Source: the human T2T-CHM13v2.0 reference genome, Homo sapiens
DNA: 64,000 nucleotides
Assembly: GCF_009914755.1 (NCBI RefSeq)
Contig: NC_060931.1
Direction: 5' to 3' (one strand)
This document shows, piece after piece, positions 52,672 to 64,000 of the stretch. Positions within the stretch are counted from its first letter, which is position 1, and every line of letters starts with the position of its first letter. Both the position numbers and the translations under genes were made by a program. The notes beneath the pieces are model-generated. The model saw only the letters and a program-made list of their open reading frames with translations, made no database searches and was not told the origin of the DNA.

Positions 52672-52865
52672 AATGATTGTAGATAAAATAGACGCGGATA
52701 AAGATGGGTTTGTGACGGAGGGGGAGCTGAAATCCTGGATTAAGCACGCCCAGAAGAAATACATATATGACAATGTTGAAAACCAATGGCAGGAGTTTGA
52801 TATGAATCAAGACGGCTTAATCTCCTGGGATGAGTACAGAAACGTGACTTATGGCACTTACCTGG
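52672..52865 (+). CDS. CALU: CALU mutually exclusive exon B ([12 protein letters not shown]...NVTYGTYL)
   Basis: ttgtag|A; TGG|gtaagg; 194 nt; same phases as exon A. Confidence 0.95.
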
Positions 52866-53169
52866 GTAAGGGGCAAGATGTCAGCCTGGCAGGGACCGTG
52901 GTCTTGAGTCAAAGAAACAAATGGGTCACACAGTAAAGGAAAGGAAGCTTATCTTAAATAGTTCAATTCAGTGCTAAGCTGATTCCCTTTATTAATTTTA
53001 AATTTGTATATTATGTATTTTTAAATTTGTTTAATTTTTGTTTTCTGAAGTCTGGAAGTCTGGTATCTTCTACATTTTTAGCATTTTACATATATTTTAC
53101 CATTTTTTCTTTATGTCATCCCTCATAGAGACAATTTTTGGAGTAGATTTCATTTAAAAGAATACATTG

Positions 53170-53473
53170 GGCTGGGTGCCGATAGCTCACGCCTATAAGC
53201 ACTTTGGGATGCTGAGGCAGGAGGATTGCCTGGGCCCAGGAGTTTGAGACCAATCTGGGCAACATAGGGACACCCTGTCTCTACCAAAAAAAAAAAAAAA
53301 AATTTAAATTAGCCAAGCATGGTGGCACACACCTGTCCTAGATACTCAGGAGGCTAAGGTGGGAGGATCACTTAAGCCCAGGAGGTTGAGGCAGCTGCGA
53401 GCCATGATTGCACTGCTGCACACCAGCCTTGGGGACAGAGCGAGCTCTGTCCAAAAAAAAAAAAAAAAAAAAA
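53170..53473 (+). mobile_element. Alu (J-like)
   Basis: Alu dimer. Confidence 0.88.
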
Positions 53474-54933
53474 GAGGCTATGAGGCTACATACTTCCAAC
53501 AGTGCAAAGCAAGGGGCTTTGAGATGTTTCTTGACATGGTCCCAGTAAAGTGTTGGACCTAAAATTCAAACCAAATTAGATTTCTTTATAACTGGTGAGA
53601 AGTCTTAATAAAATAGTTTTCCTTAATAAAATTTAACTATTTCAGTATGTCTGCTTACTGAAGTTTGGAAATGAAAATTTCCCATTTGTTTTCTCTGGCA
53701 CATGAGTTTATCAGCCTGCTTTGCAAGTGCTTTAAGGCAAATAAATGTTAATTTGATTGCTTTTTGTTGATTTGATAGCTTGTATGCTTGGGCCACCTGT
53801 TAGTAATTTTCTTTTACTTGTAACACTTGCCTGCTGCTGAATACTAGGCAGTGAGTCTTACTGAGTTGATGATCCAGGGTGTTTTTATTTGTGAAATTCC
53901 TCTGTTGTACATGGTTACAGTTTAAGACAAGAATTGTATTAATATAAATGAATATAAATGGTACTTTCTCCATTTTAATCCTGGAAATTAGGCAACCTTC
54001 TGGGTTAAAGCAAGCGTTCTCCGCCACTGACTAACAGTGAGTGTATAATGGATCTGTTTCCCCACAGATAGCCAGCTGTCTGCATTAATTACAGGATTGC
54101 ATGCATTTCTGGTGAAGAGACTTTTATTTCTGTGTCAGGCTTGTTCTCATTCCTAAGACTAAAGTGGCACTCTCTCTCAATGCTTGACACTTAGCCAAGA
54201 ACCAAACATATCCTTCACCCAATTAAGAACACATGTATTAAACAGTCAGCACAGATGGAGAGGCATCCTGCTTCTTGCTCTGGCTGAGACCCAACACCTT
54301 CCTGATTTATTTGGAATTAATGATAAATACAAAGCAAAGAGTAGGCTATTGGTGATCTAAACAAAATGGTGTGTAAATAAATCTCAGCTCCGACCTAGGC
54401 ACTCACTTGCTGCCCGGAATGATTCTTCGGCGCTGTGTATGATTATGTGCATAAAAATCTGTTGAGAGCTCTGTTGCCTCACAAGGCAGATGATTCAACG
54501 TAATGGGTATTTCTGCTGCCTGAGACTGCATAAGCTGAAGCACTGGCTGGGAAGCAATGTCTTTATAAGGCATCTTTCCCCAGAGGCATGAGGGTGGACA
54601 GCACTGAGGGGGTCATGAGTCGGCTTAGAGAAGTGAGGAGTTTTTGTTACTGTGTGTTCTTGATTCAATTTGGAGTTCAGGTATAAATCATCATAGCTCT
54701 TAGTTAAAATCTGTCTCAATGAATCCGCTATCCATGAGAGAAAGGTTAACACTGTCTCTGCCACAAGGAAAATATGAAATACTGAGATCTACCCTGCCTA
54801 TAGCAAAACTAGATCAAGAGCCTACCTAAAGCTGTATACAGGCCAGCTAGGGCCAAAACTGGTGCTTAGGATAAATACAGCATTCCAAGCAGAGCTATAG
54901 GAAAATAGGTTTTGTCATTAAAAATAAAGTTTT

Positions 54934-55237
54934 GGACAGGCACAGTGGCTTATGCCTATAATCCTAGCATTTTGGGAGGCCGAGGCAGAAAGGTTGCTTG
55001 AGTCCGGGAATTCGCGACCAGCCAGGGCAACAAAGCCAGACCCCGTCTTTACAAAAAAAATATTAAAAATTAGCCAGGAGTGGTAATACTTGTCAGTAGT
55101 CCTAGCTACTTGGGAGGCCGAAGCAGGAGGATTGCTTGAGCCCCAGAGTCCAAGACTGCATTGAGCTATGATTGCATTGCACTCCAGCCTGGGCCACACA
55201 GAACAAGGACCTGACTATAAATTAAAAAAAAAAAAAA
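54934..55237 (+). mobile_element. Alu (J-like)
   Basis: Alu dimer. Confidence 0.88.
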
Positions 55238-55496
55238 TTGTATCTTCCTGTTTCCCTCCTTATATATATATGTGCATGTTGCTATTAGGCTATTTGAGTC
55301 CAGTCACCATTTTTACCTTTTACCCCAAGGAGGGGAGGAGAGCACTTATGTAAGAATCTAGTCTTAAAGTATAAGTTGTCTTGTTATGTTTCTTATTTAT
55401 GTTACATAGTCCTGAAACCTTGTTTAGAAGAGACACTTTAGTATCTGAGAAAGGCTTGTTTGCCTTACGTTCTCCATCTCAACCTATTATGGCTTT

Positions 55497-55498
<2 letters not shown>

Positions 55499-55540
<42 letters not shown>
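55499..55540. repeat. (GT)n microsatellite
   Basis: ~21 GT units. Confidence 0.95.
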
Positions 55541-55542
<2 letters not shown>

Positions 55543-56509
55543 ACAGGATCCCAAAGCCTTATGACTCGTTAAGCTGTCTGACTGAATTTTTGACACTCAA
55601 TAAAAAATGAAGCTTCAAAATGCTCAACTCTCAAAATAGTACAGTAGTTTTGTTTTTGTTTCTTTAAACTGTGCTTAAAGTATGGAAAGACTGAACAATC
55701 TCAAAGGTCAGCAGTAATGATGTTATTCTTAAAGGGGCCCTGTGGGTCTTTTTTATAAAAGCAGTGTCATATCCTTTTTATGTAATCAATATGTTGCAGG
55801 AACAATAATTTCTTACCATTAATGTGGTGTCTTTTACTTTTTAAAATATCTTCATGTCTGTTATCTTAATTTGGTTTATACAGGAACGCAGATTGAAAAA
55901 GAATTTTATTTTCTGCAGTTAACGCCACATTTTTTCAGCTTAAAAAACTAAATTTCACTTTTCTATATTCTTATATAGAGACTAGATAACTGCTGCTTGT
56001 GTAGCTCGATGTCGTAACAGATGGGTAGTTCCAAATTCAATTTGGTTGTAATCTAAGGGTTTTTTTTTTTGTATACCTTTGTCAAGTTATTATTGACATA
56101 AAGTGAACTGTATGTATTTAAGTGCATAATTGATGAGTTTTGACGTATGTATTTACCAGTGAAACCACCACTGCAATCACGATAATGAGCATATCCATTA
56201 CCCCCCCAACATTTCCTCATGTCCCTTGGTAATCCTTCTCATTCTCGCCATTCCCCCGTCCCTAGGCAATCACTCATCTGTTTTCTGTGACTCTAAGTTA
56301 GTTTGCATTTTCTAGAATTTTACGTAAATGGGGATGAACAATACCTGTCACTCTTGGTAGATTTCTGCGTTGACTGAAAAAAAACAGAATGTGACCTTCA
56401 AAGTGGTGGCATTCTATTGCTTGAATCCAAGTGTCCATTATGTGAGGTAGAAGGCCTTTGATTTCTATCTTTTTAATGAGATCCTAATGTTTAATAAAAG
56501 TAGCAATAA

Positions 56510-56720
56510 CTGACATTTGTTGAAAGCCAACTATGTGCCAGGCATTGTTCTAAGCACTTAGATATATTTTCTCATTTAAACCTTACAACAATCCTATGAA
56601 GCCGGCACCATTGCTAGCTCCATTTTACAGATAAAAGAGACCAAGACACAGGCCAAACAGCTAGAAAATGGTAGAGTTCAAACTCAGGCAGTATGGGACT
56701 TGAGAGCCACCACTGCCTTC
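56510..56720 (-). mobile_element. MIR
   Basis: actatgtgccaggcattgttctaagcactt...ccattttacagata. Confidence 0.75.
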
Positions 56721-57018
56721 CAGATGTAACTAGAAAATTCAAGCCTTCTAGTAGCCTTAATACCAATAGTGAAGCATAACAGTGAGTTACATAGTTCAGG
56801 AGCCAGAGTTCCATGTGAACTTGGAGCTGACTCTGAGATCTGATGCCTGGAGCTGTAGCCCAAAACTAAATGTCTTTGTACTGCTGCAGTTTTACCTGTG
56901 TCATCAATTATTTCTTCCTTGCATGGTTTTATCTTTATTGGAAATTGATTTCCCACCCCACACATTTTCATGTTTTCTGAAAGTCTTTTAAGATTTGACC
57001 TAAATTTTTGTTTTCTAG

Positions 57019-57185
57019 ATGATCCAGATCCTGATGATGGATTTAACTATAAACAGATGATGGTTAGAGATGAGCGGAGGTTTAAAATGGCAGACAAGGA
57101 TGGAGACCTCATTGCCACCAAGGAGGAGTTCACAGCTTTCCTGCACCCTGAGGAGTATGACTACATGAAAGATATAGTAGTACAG
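57019..57185 (+). CDS. CALU: CALU exon (DDPDPDDGF...EF-hand 3...DIVVQ)
   Basis: ttctag|AT; CAG|gtgggt; [14 protein letters not shown] loop. Confidence 0.95.
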
Positions 57186-57939
57186 GTGGGTGAGATGAAG
57201 GATTCTGAACAGGGACTCAGTTTCTCTTTTTGTGGCTTATTCTGTCTTTCCCCTTTAGCCTTATATAGCATATCTTATATATATATATGCTATATAGCAT
57301 ATCACTGTATATGCTATATAAGTATTGGCCAGATTCAGAATCCAAGGTCTGTCACTGTTTTTCTGTGACCTTGATCAAGGTGCCTTGGGCATTCTGTTTA
57401 GTATGATAATACCTTCTGTCATATAATGTATTTTGCCATTTCATTGGTAGCTTCATATTGTAAGAATGGGGGGAAATCCCATTATTTAAAATATCCCATG
57501 ACCAATAGTCAGACATTGAGTAATAACAGTGATACTAAAGAACTCTCACAGAAGGCAGTTACTGACAACATAGACTATCTATAGCTAAACACATAATCAC
57601 TGGTCACATCTCCTGTTAGTGTGACTTTAGCATGACTAAGGCTACCAGGTAGATCATCATGGGCTTGATGGGATAGTTTGTCATTAAGCAGTGTCAGTGT
57701 TCTGTCAGGAAGACTCAGTTATTTTAGATTGAAGCATAGGAAATTGCTCATGTTTTACCATTTCTTGGCTAGAAATGGTTTTAACCATACAGACACACAT
57801 GCATACATACATACATACATACATACATGTACAAGTGTGTTTAATGAATAATAAATGTTTACCTAAACTAGATACTTTACTTTCTTCTGGCAAATTCAGA
57901 GACCAACTTAATAGTCTCTTCTTATTCTTTCCTGTTTAG

Positions 57940-58363
<424 letters not shown>

Positions 58364-58489
58364 GATGTATTTGCCCATAGAAACAATTTACTCCAAGGGT
58401 CAATTCTCACTAGCTCATTAGCTGTCACCAGATCATTAACCAGACCAGTGTGATAGTGGGTTGTGATAAAGTATCCGTAGCCACATTGC

Positions 58490-58725
58490 CCAATCAAAAT
58501 ATAAATGTGAGCCCCATATGTAATTTTAACTTTTCTAATAGCCACATTAAAAAGTAAAAAGAAACAGATGAAATTTCAGTAGTTATTTAACCTAATATTC
58601 TAAAACTCTATAATTTCCACTTAATGTAAATTATTGAGGGTTTTTTTTTAATACTTAAAGCACATCCCAGCCACATTTCAAGTGCTTAATAAGCACCTGT
58701 GGCTACCATCCTCAACAGCACAGAT
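58490..58725. mobile_element. MER33/MER3-type element
   Basis: atatgtaattttaacttttctaatagccacatt...gccacatttcaagtgctt. Confidence 0.7.
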
Positions 58726-58774
58726 ATAGTGTATCCTGCATGCTCTATGGAACTGATGGTAAAGAGTTGCAGGG

Positions 58775-59193
<419 letters not shown>

Positions 59194-59485
59194 TTACTGT
59201 GTTCTGTTCATATTTTCTCTCTGATTCTCTGACTACTTTCCTTTTGTTTTTTAAGTTTCTCCCTTTTGACATTTCCCTTTTTAGTTGTCTAAATTTTTTT
59301 AAAAAAATTGTTTTGGATGTCACACCTTCAAGGCTAATTTCTCCCAAGTAAAGCTCTGTTTTATTATCATCAGACTAATTTTAAGATATTCTCATTGCTT
59401 TAAAAAAAAAAAGCTGTCTTTCTTACCAAGTAGTTGAGCAAATTGTTTCCCAATTACTGTGACAGAAATTAAAATGAGTAAAGGA

Positions 59486-59746
59486 GCTGGGTGTGGTGGC
59501 ATACCCGGTTACTTGGGAGGCTGAGGCAGGAGGATCACTTGAGTCCAAGAGTCTGGACTATAGTCACAAGTTCATCATCAATATGGTGACCTCCTGGGAG
59601 CAGAGGATCACCAGGTTGCCTAAGGAGGAGTGAACCGGCCCGGGACAGAATCAGAGCAGGTCAAAACTGTGCTGATTAGTAGTGAGGTTGTGCCTGTGGA
59701 TAGCAATTGTACTCCAACCTGAGCAACATAGCGAGACTCCATCTCT
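59486..59746 (+). pseudogene. 7SL (SRP RNA) retropseudogene
   Basis: Contains the non-Alu S-domain (catcaatatggtgacctcc...ccaggttgcctaaggagg.gtgaaccggcc...gagcaggtcaaaact); TSD aaa(a/g)tgagtaaag. Confidence 0.92.
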
Positions 59747-60784
59747 TTAGAAAAGTGAGTAAAGATGGAAAGTATAAGACTGTTACTACAAATGTCATTG
59801 TTACAAATACTTTGTTTAGAAAGATATTAGATATTTTAATATTTCACATACTTATTGTCATTTGTAATAACTTATTCTAGCACACCATTGGTTTTGTGTT
59901 TCAGATAAGCCCGTTTGTTTTTAGACCTCTGATAGTTACCTGAAATGTTTATTTGAAGCCTGAAAGGAAGACTTAATCCTTACCTCTATCACCTGTCATT
60001 AAACTGTATGGAGCAAGTCACTGCTTTACTTAGATGTTGTCTTATCATACCTGTTGTTTACATGCTAGAGTTATTCCAATTGAATTACTCCTTGACTGTT
60101 TACCTCCCTTTTCTTAGGTTCAGTGGCATACTTTGAACTTTTTAAAGAAGGATGAGCAATGGAAGATAGGATGGATGTTTTCCTAAACTGATTTTTTTTT
60201 TTTTGGAGAAGTTTATCAGGACAGTGGATAAGTGCCTAGGTGCATTTACTGAGCCCACGTTGATGTTACTAGGGTTTTCTACTTTTAAATGATTTATCTT
60301 TTTATTCTTGGCTTTTGCCATTTTATTGCCATTGCTAAAACTGAGGAACTCATTTGAACCTCCCAAGGAGAGGAATTTTTATAACTGTTAACTACATCAC
60401 TTATCAAGCATTGAGGCCAAATAAGGAGATATTTCTGTCTCCCTGTGTATCATATAGATTCAAGGGCAGAGGAGTTATATTTTGAAGCTACCAAAACTAT
60501 CTTGTGCATGTGTGCTTTTTTTTTTTTTTTTTTACAAGTCAGTAACTAATGCAAACACTTTTACATCTGGGATGCTGGGCTTTGTAAATCTAAAATTCTC
60601 CCAAACAGTATCTTTCAGCTTCTAGTGCCCTGTTGAAGGAGATCATGAAGAAACAAAGTTCTTCGCCTCATAAATTTAGCATTAAAAAGAAGCCCCATCA
60701 GTGCCTGTGGAAACATAGGGAAAGAAAAAAAAAAACACCCAAAGTTGTGCTGATAATTATTTTTATTTTTAAAATTTATTATAG

Positions 60785-61115
<331 letters not shown>

Positions 61116-61396
61116 CAAATTAGAATAGTATAATGAATCCCCATGTACCTATGCCTAACCTCAACAACAATCAACTTACAGCCAGTTTTTTCTCAGCCAC
61201 ATCCACTTCCTTGCTTCCTTCTTACTTTGAAGTAAATCCCAATCATTATGTCATTTCATCTGTAAACATTGAGGTATATATGTCTAAAATATATATGTGT
61301 TTCTAAAAACATTTTTTTAAAGATAATGTCAACCCAAGAAAATTAATAATACCTTCAAATCATCAAATAGACTGAGTCTTTTAAAAATAGAAATTC

Positions 61397-61819
<423 letters not shown>

Positions 61820-62293
61820 CTAATTCAGAACTTTCCAATCTGTATCCTGTGAGTAAGTCTTCTTGGCTTTCAGGACAGCTAGGGCAGGAACCTGATCCAG
61901 TGGACCGTACAAACTACATTTTCTGAATGTGCTGTAGCATGGGAAAAAATTGGCAAGTCCTGCTGTGAGGAATTTCTCTTGTGAGTTTAAGACAGAGGAG
62001 TACTTCTACCCTTAACCCTCAAGGTCAGGAAAATGGCAGCACTGACTAAATAATTACCTTTGCTTAGAACTTGCAGGAACTATTTAGATTTCTCTTTAGG
62101 TGTTTTCCCATACCTTACATGCAATGCAGGTACACTTAACTTAGATGTCGTATAACTCAAGCATTTTCAGACTTGTTCACTTAAATAACTCCTGAAAGAA
62201 TTTGACCAACAGCATTCCCTTATGTGTTTTAAAGTTGGCATCTGAAATATTTAATTAAGAAATTTAAACAGTTGTAAAGAATAGTCTCTGTTG

Positions 62294-62586
62294 GGCCGGA
62301 TGCCGTAGCTCATTCCTGTAATCCCAGAACTTTGGGAGGCTGAGGCAGGTGAATCACTTGAGCCCAGGAGTTTGAGAACAACCTGGACAACATGGCGCAA
62401 CCCTGTCTCTACAAAAAATACAAAAAAAAAGAAAAAATTAGCCAGGCATGGTGGCGTGTGCCTGTAGTCCCAGCAACTCAGGAGGATCACTTGAGCCTGA
62501 GGGTTTGAGGTTGCAGTGCACCGTTATTGTACCACTGCACTCCAGCCTGGGCAACAGAGCAAGACCCTGTCTCAGAAGAAAAAAGA
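62294..62586 (+). mobile_element. Alu (J-like)
   Basis: TSD aaagaata(g/a)tctctgttgg. Confidence 0.9.
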
Positions 62587-63079
62587 ATAATCTCTGTTGG
62601 TGATAAGCATTGACATTTTGAAAGTAATTCGGAAAGAAATCTATAAAATTTAAATACAAGATACCATAGCAACTTCTTACCTGCCGTCTTTCATATGAAT
62701 AATTTGGACACGACAACTTTAAAAAGATAATCAAGAAATTTAAATTCAGTCTGGGTATTAGATGATACCAAGGAATTGATTTTGTAAAATATGAAAGTGG
62801 CATTGTGGGTATATAAGAAAATATCCGTAATTTTTTACATTTCATAATAGTTAAAAAGGAAATGTTTCTTTGGTACTTTTTTTTTTTTAGTTATGGCGTT
62901 TGGTTAGCAACAATGTGACCATCACTTAATTGCCCTTTTTTTTGTTTAAATTTATAGGGATTTGGGGATATTTATACTACTTATCAGTCACCACATGATA
63001 TTGTCTTAAAAAAATAAATGAATAAACTGTTAACCAACTTGGACATTTTACACGCATCCTGTTTCTTCTTCTTCTTCTT

Positions 63080-63674
<595 letters not shown>

Positions 63675-64000
63675 TAGTCACTTTGACATTCTTATTTGCA
63701 AGAACATTGTGTATGTAAATTGAAATATGGAAAATGGTGTTCTGTGATATGGCTCTTAAGTGTTTTTAGAGTCTTCTGTGTTAAGTTACTATTACAATTA
63801 TTAATACACAATTGAACAAAATAACATTTATTACAGACGTTTTATGTTTATATATTTTTAAATGCATTTCTTTGACACATTTTTATTCAAATAGTTTCAT
63901 ATCCATGGATGACAATTACTTATCCCTAGAGTGAAATGGGATTCAGCACCAATTCCTAATTTTTATTTTTTAGAGGAAGTACTAACAGACCTTGTTTACA

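Noticed and set aside
56970-57368. CALU exon read-through with a hydrophobic tail
   Set aside because: The tail derives from the AT-rich palindrome and no nearby canonical polyA signal was seen
57471-57480. NF-kB-like GGGAAATCCC
   Set aside because: Isolated 10-mer; the same motif occurs inside the L1 at ~1548

Overview
Human/primate genomic DNA, rich in Alu and L1, recognisable as the 7q32 GARIN1B(FAM71F1)-CALU region. It holds the complete 7-exon CDS of GARIN1B/FAM71F1 (+ strand, 13596-29263). The exons I assembled by hand total 1035 nt, or 344 aa. Downstream is the 5' part of calumenin (CALU, +): CpG-island promoter at ~37.2-37.9 kb, non-coding exon 1, an optional N-extension microexon, the signal-peptide exon, a duplicated mutually exclusive EF-hand exon pair and two more exons. 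The last CALU exons lie beyond the window. Most other ORF-track hits are Alu/L1 or low-complexity artefacts. The most notable unexplained signal is in the non-Alu part of CALU intron 1 (~39.6-42.0 kb). There, perfect long-range complementary segments of 14-20 bp are nested around several hairpins whose mismatches are mostly G-U on the CALU sense strand. One arm is split by an old AluJ insertion, which suggests an ancient ~2.4-kb structured intronic RNA domain. Other candidates are an MLT1-LTR upstream promoter for GARIN1B, an intron-6 read-through isoform with its own polyA signal, a helix that could control the CALU mutually exclusive exons, and several template-switch palindromes. Repeat boundaries and subfamily names were judged by eye and are approximate.
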